From Octopus vulgaris (taxonomy: Eukaryota), in the NCBI GenBank assembly GCA_951406725.2, contig OX597814.1:206708001-206772000 (forward strand): a stretch of 64,000 nt of DNA, given 5' to 3'. Positions 25,604 to 38,668 of the stretch are shown here, piece after piece (position 1 is the first letter of the stretch; each line of letters opens with the position of its first letter). The notes beneath the pieces were generated by a model, which had not been told where the DNA came from, searched no databases, and saw only the letters and a list, made by a program, of their open reading frames with translations. The translations under genes were made by a program, and so were the position numbers.

Positions 25604-28600
25604 TGTTGTGTCTGGGGGGAGGGTCATTTTCTTTTTGTGCCTTATAATTTTACACACTCACCGGTGAAATGTCCGCTTAATGTAGAAACTGTGAAGAACG
25701 TAATGGAGAGCCTCCAGCAAATAGCTAACTCCATCCACCAAAGTATCAAGGTAACTATAGATTAAACCCCACTAAGCACCCCAACAATGGACTCCCTGTA
25801 CTTGATACTGAACTTGGGTTAGAGACTGTGAACAAAAGAGTGCAGCTCCTCCACTCTTATTACATGGAACCCATAACTTCAAACTATGTCGTTCACAAGA
25901 ACTCACCTTTCTCACACAACATGGAAATTTAACCATACTGATAGCAGATTTAATTAGAATAATGAACAATGTGTCCCCACTATGCGAACCCTATGAAACG
26001 ACAAAACACATACAGAACTTTATGCACCGCATGCAGTTCTCTGGATATGATCAAAAAGATAGGGTTCGAGTGTACAGGGGTGGAAGAAATAAATCTGATA
26101 ACATTATATACGTAATGATACCAGTGGTACCTGCCCTAGATATAGAAACAAAGAATGGAATAGGATACAAAGCACTTGTGACAAAGGAAACAGGGTGAAC
26201 ACATGGTATAAAAGTGAGAAATATCAAGGAGTGATGTTTGTAGAGGCCAAATCCCATGGAGAACTAGCCTGTAGATTTAGGAAAGCTCTGAAGGAGACCA
26301 AACTCGACATTAAGATTTTTGAAAAGCCAGGGAACTCCGTCAGATCATAACTATGTAGGACGTACCCCTTTAAGAATACCATATGCACCAATGATAACTG
26401 CATGGTATGTAGGATTAGCCCTGGCATTAACTGTAGAACTCGGAATGTAGTTTACAGCATATGATGCTTAGAAGGTGCTTGTAAAGACATAAACATGACG
26501 TACATAGGGGAGACATCTAGGAGCATAGCTGAAAGACTAAATGAACATTTGAAACAATATGACAAAAAAAAGCGGTCCTCCATACTCTACCAACATCCCA
26601 ATGACTACCATAGAGGTAACTTGGGTCAACTTGACATCCGCACCTCATCCAAGCAATCAAAAGACCCAACACTCAGACAAATACGGGAGTACGTCCTTAT
26701 AAATGAAACTTTCCTAATACTAAATAGGAAATATACATGGTAGATACCATACGCCCATACCCACAGTTTACACAGGTAGAGTAGAATAGTTAGTGGGCTG
26801 TTATGTAGATAGATGTATGTATGTGTGTGTGTGTGGGTACATATGTGTATATGCACATGTATGTAAGCATATGGATATGAAAATAAACAGATCAACATAC
26901 AGATGGATAGGTACATAGGTTATATGAACAAACAGGCACACATACACAAATGGATACTGAAACACAAGAACATATGTACACACACGCTTTACTCCACACA
27001 AGGACACATATGGAGATACGTGTCCACACATATAAAGATGCACATCCATACATACAAACATGGTACAAAGTGGCAAAACACACACACACACACACACACA
27101 CAAGGAGACACAGGTGCATATATACACAAACACACATGCACAAACACGGACATGCAAGCACATGAATATGCAGATTACATACATACAGATGCACTCACAT
27201 ACATACATATATACATATGCATACACACATGTATACATACACACATGCATACATACACACACACATGCATGCATAGACACACACACACACTGACCCACAC
27301 ACATGCGCACAAACAAACAAAAAGGAACGCAGTGTAAATAACGGACAGAGTGAAGACTATTGAAAAGGTTGCAAGATGCAACGAAAATTTTAAGAAAATA
27401 AAAATGAGAAATAAGTGGAAATTTTTGGCAGTGAGTGTTTTAAATTATAAGGCACCAAAAGAATATGACTCTCCCCAGACACAACAGAATATGCTTCAAC
27501 ACAAACTCACATAAAGAATCTTGCAAACCAAATCCAAACATGAAATACATATACGGACGTTAAATGATGATGATGATGATGATGATGATGATATATATCT
27601 TTGTGAGTGTGTGTGTGTGTGTATAAAGTGTACATATGTTGATATTTGTTTATTATTTTCAGACACCACATCATCAAACACATCTCTTCATGGCTCGCAA
27701 AAGGAAACCTCTTCTGTGGCACCCAGAACCTAATGAGACATCCAGAGAAAATGATGGCATCAAAATACAACTATTGATTGATTCAATTTCTAATGCATCT
27801 GTGAGTAAATAGATTCACTTAACATATTTACCTTTAATTGTTATTTCATTTGCAAATGAGGAATCATTACAGTTAATTAAAATATTTTCTCAATCAAACT
27901 CAAACATTTTATTTCCTTCACATCTGATATCTTGAGTATATCTTTTGCTAACTTTAACAACCTCAAACTTACTACAGCCATTCTGAAAGAGCCTTTCTTA
28001 GCAACAATATCAACTGCAACAATGTATCTCTCTTCTCTCCATGGAATGTTCCTTAGTTGTTTACCATTAATTACTTTTGTAGGTTGATGTCATCGTTAAC
28101 AGCACCAATAAAAGCCTCCAGCTTAACATTGGTGCTATCTCCAAATCTATTCTCAATGCTGCTGGTCCACAGATACAATATGAATGTAACCAGAAATCTC
28201 GTCAAAGTATTTCTGCATCTGAAATAGCCATCACTAAGGGATATAACCTCAACTGTAAGAATGTATTTCATCTGGTATTACCTTACTGGAATGAATATTA
28301 TTCTGATTCAGTAAGTATCAATCATATGATATTGATTTATTGAAAGAGTTAATGTTTGAAGGGAACCTTATGCATGTTGTGTGAGAATCATAAAGCAAAT
28401 GTCAGCATCCTGTTTAATATTTGTTCTTCCAAGTTATCATTGGAAGGAAGCAGAAGATATCGATGAACAGGACACTTTTATATATAAATAGAAGGAAAAA
28501 AGCCTCATGGCCTAACAACAGTTATGCGACTGATAAATAAGACTATATTAAAACATATTTCTGTGTTTTACTGTCTGTATTGGTGAGTTTTTCTCTGTCA

Positions 28601-30850
28601 TGGCACGAGCACTAAAGAGGTTGTCATGTCCTCAACAACACTAAAGACTCCTCTTGGGTCTGCATTGTCTCTCTTCATTCACCAACCATTTTACACGGTG
28701 GATTGGGTCTGTTTTATTGTAGCAGCATCATGAGTGAGGTTGCCTTGTCCCTTGCAGGACTAAAGAGTGATAGGAATGACAGTTGTGTTTAGAAGTGGTA
28801 GGAGTGAGAGGAGTTGTGAGAGGAGGATATATTTATTACAACTTAATTGTTTCTTCCTGTAATAAGAAAATAATTTAATAAAATGTTCATTATCAATTAC
28901 TAAACACTTATTTTTATTAGATTCTGGCAAACTTGACTCGAATAATAACCACTTGTCTGGAAAATGCTGAGAGAATGGGAGCAAAAAGTCTTGCATTTCC
29001 TATATTAGGAGCTGGGTTATTGAAGTACCCTGTTGAAGAACTACCTAGAACTATGTTTGAAGCCGTGAAAAACTACTCAAACCAAAATCCAAACCAGATC
29101 AAAGACGTTTGCTTTGTGGTTTATCCTCAAGACACAGAAGTAGTAAAGGTTGGTTGATGTATTTGTTGTTTGTTGTTTGATGTTGATATTCTTGGAATTT
29201 ACCAAAAACCAATATTCTACAATAAACAAAGGAAAATAGAAATGATCCCTCATTTACAGCCCTTGTTCCATTTTTCATGGGTGCAACATTTTGACTGGCT
29301 CCAAAGAGCCACAAGGGTTTATTGAACCCCAGTGTCTGCTTTGGCATGGTTTCTATGGCTGGATGCCATTCCTAATGCCAACCACTTCACAGCATGTCCT
29401 GGGTACCTTTCTTCATGCTACCTTTAATGCTGTTCATTATATCTTGTTGTGCTTTATCCTTTCATTATACCATTTCCCATCACCAAATTCTTGCTTCTGA
29501 AATATTGCATTGTAACATTTGAAGCTAAAAATGTTTTGCTTGTTGTTGTTGTTGTTGTTGTATTTATTGTTGGACCCTGAGTCAGTTCTGATTCTGCAGA
29601 CTGAAGGTCAAAGATGCTTGTATGTCTTTCTTCTCTTCTTTTCTTTCCATTCCTCCTCCTCCTCCCTCCTCCCCCTCCTATTCCTAGCTGCCACAACCAA
29701 GATCCATTTCACAAATGCCAAACCAGTTACCTCTGTCCCCCTTCCCCCTTTCTCTCCGTTTCTGGTTCTGGGACTCTTGCAATAACATCAGTTGTAATTG
29801 GGTGGAACTTTCTCCCTATCCAAGTATGGAAATCTCCAAAATCTAACATCTGATATGGTCAACAGTTCAGCAAAATAGCCTTGGTCAGCAAACCCTATAC
29901 TTTATTGAGCATCAAAAGCCAAAATGGATGGAATATGTCCACAAATTTCCTCTTTGGTCCAGTGCCCTTTAAAAAGCCTGGTGAATTTACCATCAAGGTG
30001 ATGTTGAAGCTCTTTACACTTGACCCTGACAAGCCTTGTCCACTTTGAAATATTCAATTTCCAGATGTTCTGAAGAATGTTTCAAGTAATCCAAGTTGTT
30101 TCCATTGTGCATGAAGAAGTCCCAAATAAAGACCCAAGATACATTCTCTAGCTAAGACTTCCCACATTTATTCACAAAACACTATAAGGTAGCAAGGTAT
30201 GATGTGAGAGAGATTTGGCTGTTAATTTTAGCAGATCAAGTGACCACTTAAAGACCTCTTTCTTTGCTTCTTCTTGCAACTGTTCTTCATTCCCATGCAG
30301 TCAGTTATTAGTGTGAGGTAATATTTATCCCCGTTTAAACAAGGATGTTCCCTGAGAACCAACTTTACTATGGTAATTGCCATGAGAGAAACCCTCACAG
30401 GCTTTTTGGAATGCCCTCTTCTTCATATCAGTAGCAAAAAGATAAATCTTCAGCACCAAGGCCACCAGTTCATGTGATTTCCACCTTGTTTGAACTTATC
30501 GATGATGGACAATCGACTGCTAGAGACAGCAGTAATTCATCTCCCCTCCAGCGTTATATAGATTGACACTCCCTAGTGCTCATGTGTCCATCATTGACAA
30601 GGTCCAAACAAGGTGGATATTATGTGATCTTGTTGTCCCAGTGCTGGAGGTAGTAGGGAATTATCTTGCCCCAAAAATCCAATGTTAGGGTTTAGCTCAT
30701 GGCATCTACCACAGTAAAGTTTGTACTAACAGGACACCCATGCTTAAGTGGGGATGAAATATTGCATCTCTTGGCTTTACTACTGCCTCTGTCACTAATG
30801 TGCTTATGCATCAAATTTCTTTAGAGATGTGTAAACAAATATTAACACCT

Positions 30851-30894
<44 letters not shown>

Positions 30895-31152
30895 CAGAAA
30901 TATTAAATTTCTAAATATCTCATAGAGATATGTACGGTGGTGGAGCGATAGAGTGGTTGTATACTGTCAACTTAACGTGTTGGGGGTGTTTGTCTCCCCT
31001 TCGTAAATATATAAGGACACAGGAAATGTATCAAGGCCAACAGGAAGCGTCAATGCTTCCTAGGGCTAAACAACGGTAGTGTAATTCCCTTATGGGACCG
31101 TCACGTTAAGTTGACAGTATACAACCACACTCTCTCTCTCTCTCTCTCTCCC

Positions 31153-31186
<34 letters not shown>

Positions 31187-34100
31187 ATATCTGTGTGTGT
31201 GTGTTTACTCATCACATTCCTTTTGTCTACTCATGCATGTCTATATATATATATATATACACTGTGTCCCAAATTTGAAGCAACTACCTTTTTCCAATTT
31301 TGCCAAAGTCAAATATTGTTATATTTCGGTTCAGAGCATTACAATGCAATGGTAACTGAAATACAATTATGATTCTACCACATTTATTCAATATGACCAC
31401 CTCTGTTTCAAGACACAGATGCAACTCTAGGTGAAAATGCTACACATGCAGTTCACAATTGTTCTTGTGGAACCAAAGCCCATTCCTGGCACAGTATTGT
31501 CTCCAGAGCATTGAGCAAACTTGGGGAGTGCTCAAGACCAAAATGGGCCAAACAGAAAAACCCAATGGATTGAGATTGGGGCCTCTTGAGGACCATATGT
31601 CCTTGGCTAACAACGACGGAATGTCTTTCTGAATCCACTGTTGTGTCTATTTGGAGCTGTTGGATGGTGCCAAGTCCAGTTGTAAGCTCTAACGTATGAG
31701 GGACGTTCAATAAGTAATGCCCCTGACCCACTTGCAGTTGTTTGATCTAGCTGAAATTTTGCATGTGCAATTATTTATATCTCTATAGATTAAGTGGCAA
31801 ATTACAGCTCTGAACTAATTATGGTTTCTGATTTATAGGTGCTTGAACTGAGTCAAGTATGAAATGGAGCCTGTTGAGTGTCGAGCAGTGATCCGGTTTT
31901 GTATTTGAAAGGACGCACACCACGGGAGACTTTTGATGAAATGAAAGTAACTTATGGTGATGATGCCCCATCATATGACTTTGTAAACCGCTGGCATCGT
32001 GAATTCAAACATGGTCGGAACTCTGTGGAAACAGCTCCCAGATCTGGTCGCCTCACTTCTGCCATTCATGAGGCATCTGTCCGTCAAGTTGAGGCTGCCA
32101 TTTTGGAAGATCGACGCATAACTATTCGCCAAATAGCCCATGAGGTCAAAATTAGTACCGGGTCTGTGGAAACTATCATTCATGACCATTTGCATATGCA
32201 AAAGGTGTCTACCAGATGGATTCCCAGGTTGCTCACACCTTTCCAGAAGCAAGAACGCGTCGAGTGCTCAAGGATGAATTTGGAGATGTGCCAAGAAGAT
32301 GAGTCAAAATTTTTCAAAAGACTGATTACACAGGATGAAACCTGGGTCCATCACTATGATCCAGAGACCAAAGCCCAGTCAATGCAGTGGAAGCACCGTG
32401 ACTCACCTCCTCCAAAGAAGGCAAGGGTGCAGCCCTCTGCTGCCAAGGTCATGCTCACAGTCTTCTGGGACCAGGACGGAATAGTGATGACAGATTTCCT
32501 GGCAAATGGTACCACAATTACAGGAGCCTATTATGCTTCACTTTTGTGGAAATTAAGAGAAGCTATCAAAATCAAGAGGCGGGGCAAGATCAGCAAAGGC
32601 ATCCTCCTCCTGCAGGACAATGCTCCGGTCCACAACTCGCGTGTTGCCAGATCAGAAGCACAGGCGTGCAGCTATGAACTCCTCCCTCATCCCCCCTACT
32701 CTCCTGACCTTGCACTCTCTGATTTTCATCTCTTCCCAGCCATGAAGTTGTTTTTGAAAGGAAAGCGTTTCCCAGATGATGCAACCTTGATTTCTGAAGT
32801 CACATTGTGGTTGGAGGACCAAGCTGGGTCTTCTACAAAAACGGTCTCCAGAGCTGCATCAAACAATTGGAGAAATGCGTAACTCTGGTTGGCTCCTATG
32901 TAGAAAAAGACTAATAACTATGCCAAGTTTTGTTGCTCTACTGCTATGGGAAGTGGGTCAGGGGCATTACTTATTGAACGCCCCTCGTATGCCATGAAAG
33001 TGCTCATTCATCCAGGGAAGCAGTTAAACTTCTAGAATGTCACTAATGTTATTTTTAATGTTAATTTTAACATCTGAGGGCACAAAAATGAAGGGAGACC
33101 TTCCTGTGGCTTTCACAGCCACCCAAACCATAACTGATTGTTGATTTTGACATCGATTTATAAGTCTATCCTTGACAGAACCAGATACACTCAAAATGTC
33201 AGTTGTTCTGATGGTTTACCGTTTGTTCGGTGTCAAATTTCTTTCCAACAGGGAACACCAGGCTGGGAAGCTTGTCTTTAGCAATTTGGTGCAAGATAAG
33301 ATGGCTTCTTTCCAGTCACATCACCTTATAAACTTACGTAAGATCATGATGGTGGCTCATCTTATAGGGTTGGGTCCTAAGATCCTCCTACTGCACCTGA
33401 TACACTGATTTCCAATTTATTTTCACTGTGGCAGCTAGTTTTCTAATGGATCAACTAGGACTTCACCATATATTTTCCATGGTACTTTTTTGATAAGCTG
33501 AGAGGTCTTCAGAATTCTTGTTCGCTTGCGTCTAGGTCAGTCAGTGGTGGAACCAGTCTCTTGAAATTTCTTGACAATTTTCCAGACTCTCATTTCGTTA
33601 ATTTTAAGCTTCTTTACTATAGCTGTATTACTTTACTACTTTTGTGGAAGGTTATGATTGTATTTTGATTTATAATTAACCAATAGGCTATGGTGGAGAA
33701 TGTTCTGAAAGTATTGTTTCTAGAATAAGAATGGGATGGAGGAAATTCAGAGAAGTTTTATTTCTGATGGCCACAAAAGGACTCTCTCTCACAAAGTGAA
33801 AGGTAGACTGTATGATGCTTGCGTATGAGCATTGAGATCTAGGCTCTTAATGCAGAAAATATGCACAGAGTAGAGAGGAGCGAAAGCAGTATGCCCTGTT
33901 GGATGTGCAACATCATTGTGCATGTATGACAAAGTGCAAATGTGTTGAGGGAAATGTTGTGCATAAAGGGAGTCAGGAGCAGCATGCAAGAGAGAAGACT
34001 ATGTTGGTTTGGACATGTGATGCGTATGAATGAAGACAGTTGTATAAAGAAGAGCTGATCACTGAAAGTGGATGGTACCTGTGGAAGAGGGAGACCGAGG

Positions 34101-34805
34101 CAGACATGGAAGGGAAGGGTGAGGACCAATCTCAGGATGTTGGGCCTCAGGGAGGAATTGACAATGGACCGAAATGTCTGGTGATATGAGGTTCTTGAGA
34201 TAAACCACCCAATTCAGAGAAACTGAGTTCCAGAACCACTATGGCTTCCACCACGCCCACCACCATCCAACAAACCGAACTCCATCTCTCCTCTTTCTCA
34301 TTCACTATGCTTATCTCTTGGCCTTCAATCCTGTCCTCACTGCCCTGCTCACTGTGCCATTGCTATCTTGTTGTCCCCCACCCCCTCTTTATGCCAAGGT
34401 TTTACCAGTCACTGCATTTCCCACACCCACACTCCTTGCATTCATGTGAAGTCTCTACTCCCTACTCATGGTCCTTGCCAATACTTAGATACCAGGCAAA
34501 TACATACACATAATATATATGAAGAAATATGTTAACCTTTGTTTTATAAACTCAAAAGAACCCTGAAGAGATTCTGCTCCATATAGTTGAAAATGAAAAC
34601 CAATTCTTAACATTTGACTCGATTCAAATGTTTTGAATTCTGAATTAAAAAGGGGCCGGAATTGAAACATATATGTAGTCTTCTAGCTTTTCCTTTTTGC
34701 GTTTTACATTATGTTTGTATTGAAATTTTCACCTTAAACTATGATACAAATAAATTAACTATGTATGCACAGTAATCCATTTTCTTACCTTATATATATA
34801 TATAT

Positions 34806-34878
<73 letters not shown>

Positions 34879-37243
34879 CAAGGCACATGGCTCAATGAAG
34901 GCACATGGCTCAGTGGTTAGAGCATCGAGCTTACGATCGCGAGGTTGTGAGCTCGAATCCCGGACCGGGCTGCGTGTTGTGTTCTTGAGCAAGGCACTTT
35001 ATTTCACGTTGCTCCAGTTCACTCAGCTGTAGAAATGAGTTGCGACGTCACAGGTGCCAAGCTGTATCGGCCCTTGCCTTTCCCTTGGACAACATCGGTG
35101 ACGTAGAGAGGGGAGGCCGGTATGCATGGGCGACTGCTGGTCTTCCATAAACAACCTTGCCCAGACTTGTGTCTAGGAGGGTAACTTTCTAGGTGCAATC
35201 CCATGGTCATTCATGACCGAAGGGGGTCTTTACCCTTATATATATATATATATATATATATAAATCACCGCTGAGATGCTTAAAATATCGGGCAGTGTGG
35301 ATTATGGCCTTGTCACCCGCATTGTAAATCAGGTAGTTAATGAAGGAGTCATACACAATGGCTGGTGTAGCAGCACCATAGAGGGTCATAGCCCAACTAA
35401 GTAGGGAGAGAGTTAGCCTAGATGAGATTCAGTTTGGTTTTGTACTAGGCAGAAGCACCACTGATGCTATATTTCTGGTAAGGCAACTGCAGAAGAAATA
35501 CCTAGCCAAAGTTAAACCTTTGTACCTGGCTTTCAATGACATGGAGAAAGCCTTTGACAGTGTCCCCTTATCCCTTAACTGTTGGTCAATGTGGAAACTA
35601 GGAATAGATAAGTGGTTAGTGAGAGCTGCACAAACCATATACAAGGATGCTGTCAGTAAGGTGAGGGTCGGCAATGAGTATAGTAAAGAATCCCAGGTAG
35701 AAGTAGGGGTTCACCAAAGACCAATCTTCAGCCCCCTCTCATAGTCCTCCAAACAATAACAGGAATTCAAGGCAGGCTGCCCCTGGGAGCTGCTTTATGC
35801 TGATGACCTTGCTCTAATTGCCAAGTCACTACCAGAACTGGAGACAAAGTTTAGAGTATGGAAGCAAGGTCTAGAATCGAAGGGCCTTAGGGTTAATGTA
35901 GCAAAAACCAAAGCCTTAGCAGGTAGGGAGGCTGACAGATTGCAAACCCCTTCAGGTAGATGGCCCTGCTCGTTCTGAGGAAAAGGTGTGGGTAGAAACA
36001 CCATGCGATGTACCCAGTGTAAGCTTTGGACATATAAAAGGTGCAGCAATATCAAAGGAAGGTTAACCAGGAAAACAGTTTTTGTGTGTGGCAGATGCAC
36101 TGGGGTAATAAACACTGAAGATGTTCAAAAAACATATTCCATCACATGCCAGGGCAAGAAGCTAGAAGTAGTTAATAGCTTCCGCTACCTAGGCAACCAA
36201 ATCTGTAGCGGGAGTGGTTGCTCTGAGAGTGTACCGGCTAGAATAAGAATAGCCTGGTCAAAGCTCAGGGAGCTTCTACCTCTCCTGGCAACTAAAGGCC
36301 TCTTACTCAGGGTGAAAGGTAGACTGTATGATGCATGCGTGTGAACTGCCATGCTACACAGCCGTGAAACATGGGGTGTGACAGCTGAGGACATGCATAG
36401 ACTTGAAAGAAATGAACCTAGTATGATCCGCTGGATGTGTAATATCAGTGTGCACAGAAGACAGAGTGTAAGTGCATAAAAAGCATCAAATGTGGTGTGC
36501 AAGAGAGATCACTGCGCTGGTATGGCCATGTGTTACGTATGAATGAAGACAGCTGTGTGAGGAAGTACCACTCCCTAACTGTTGAAGGAACCTGTGGAAG
36601 AAGTAGACTCAAGAAGACATGGGATGAGGTGGTGAAGTATGACCTTCGAAAATTGGGCCTCACGGAGGTAATGACAGGAGACCTTTGGAGATGTACTGTG
36701 TTTGAGAAGGCCCAGCAACTAAAGTGAGATGGCAGCCATGCACGTCCAGCTCTGTTAAGAATGCCCCTAGTGTGTTGCTTGAGAAGACCTGTTGAGTCAA
36801 GTAAAACCAACATCGTAGCTGGGGCTGGTGCCCTCTGGCTAGCTCCCATGCTGATGGCACATCAAAGATACCATTCAAACGTGGTTTGCCTGACTGGATA
36901 CTGTGCCAGTGCCACATAAAAAAAAACAACCGATCATGACTGATGCCAGTGACCCCTTGACTTGTTCCTCTGCCGGTGGCACATAAAAAGTATCATCCGA
37001 ATGTGATCGTTGCCAAGCCCACCTTACTGGTTCCAGTGCTGGTGGCATGTAAAAAGCACCCACTACACTCTCAGAGTGGTTGGCATTAGGAAGGGCATCC
37101 AGCCATAGAAACTCTGCCAGACCAAATGGAGCCTGGTGCAACCGCTGGCTCTCTAGACCTTAGTCAAACCGTCTAACCCATGCCAGCATGGAAAACGGAC
37201 GTTAATTGATGACATAAATCTGTCCTCAAATATCTTACACACC

Positions 37244-37287
<44 letters not shown>

Positions 37288-37365
37288 CGTTACAATTTAC
37301 AATACAATTGTTCGTTTGTTTTCCACCTGCCTTCGTCTTTTGTTTATTTTCATAAAGCTTCCCGT

Positions 37366-37396
<31 letters not shown>

Positions 37397-38636
37397 GGTG
37401 TATAAGATATTAAAAAAAACAGATATATAATAACAGATAATAATTTTATTTATCAGAAAATGCTATGAGGATAAAAATAAACCTTCTTTTCTATAATGTT
37501 ATTCAATGAAGCCACCTTCAGCTTCAAGAACTGCTTCTATCTGAGATTTAAATCATCTACATGCTCAAATCAAGTGGTCCTGATTCATTTTGGACATCAT
37601 TCTGACTATGGCAGCTTTTATAGAATCTTTGGTGTTATGGGTATATTCATTGACCGCTTTCTCAACAATGCTCCACATGTAATAGTCCGACAGATTGAGA
37701 TCTGGGGAATTAGGAGGCCAAATGTTAGGGGTTATGTGATCATGAAAATGTTCAGCCATCCATTCCTGTGTTACGAGAGCCATGTGTGATAGTGCAGAAT
37801 CTTACTGAAACACATATGGCCTTCCATTGTATACACTATCTATCCAGGGTTTAACAATTATTTCTAGGACCTCATTGTAGGCAGCAGAATTAACTCTTAG
37901 GCCTTGTGGAAAGAAGTAAGGAGGTATCACATGTCCTTCATTGCTGACAACCCCTAAAACTATGATAGTTTCAGGAAATTTTGTATGCATAACACTTGGA
38001 ATTTCAGAAGGGTCTGCACATAACCATCTGTCATTTCTTCTGTTAACTTTTAGATCTCGTTTGTGAAAAACTAAGTCAAATCTTCTTCTGCTGGATTTTT
38101 CAGTTTCTTTAAGATCCTTTTAGATCTGATGTAGTGATTTTCTTTTGCTTTTTCTAACATAAATTAACCTTTCCTCATCATATAAGACTTATATCTGATG
38201 TTTTCTTGGACAACATTACTGACTGTTCCTTCTGACACATGGAGATCTTTTGCAATTGACCTCATGGACTTTCTGGGAGTGTAATCAATGGTCTGTTGAA
38301 CTTGTTGGATAAATTCAAGTGTTCTGATGATTTCAGAGTGTTTAGAATGTTTTTTTTTTTATGCTTTGATACTGGTGACACGTTTCCATATTCAGTCTCT
38401 GTTTCCTTACAAACTTTGTAGACGAAAGATCTGGCAACTTTTAAAACATAAGATTTTTCTAAATCACTATTCTCAGCCTTTATAACCACAATAACAGCAT
38501 GCCTCTTCATTTCTTGAGTAAGCTGAGGGTCTGCCATTATTATTTTCTGAAACAAAGATTATACAGAGTTAGTAAAAAACGTGGCAGTGACCCCAAAAAC
38601 GTATGTCCTCAAATTCCTTATTCACATTCAGTAATG

Positions 38637-38668
<32 letters not shown>

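Larger units (their letters stand above)
15020..29245 (+). repeat. Intragenic tandem segmental duplication, copy 2
   Basis: Same exons and transposon remnants in the same order as 1647-12985. Confidence 0.95.

Noticed and set aside
26461-26470. Selenocysteine TGA in the Penelope GIY-YIG (as reported for some Naiad PLEs)
   Set aside because: The duplicate has GGA at this codon, it is not a Cys position, and the element has other disabling stops.
34899-34975. tRNA gene
   Set aside because: The tRNA-like head runs directly into a SINE body and has no convincing acceptor stem.
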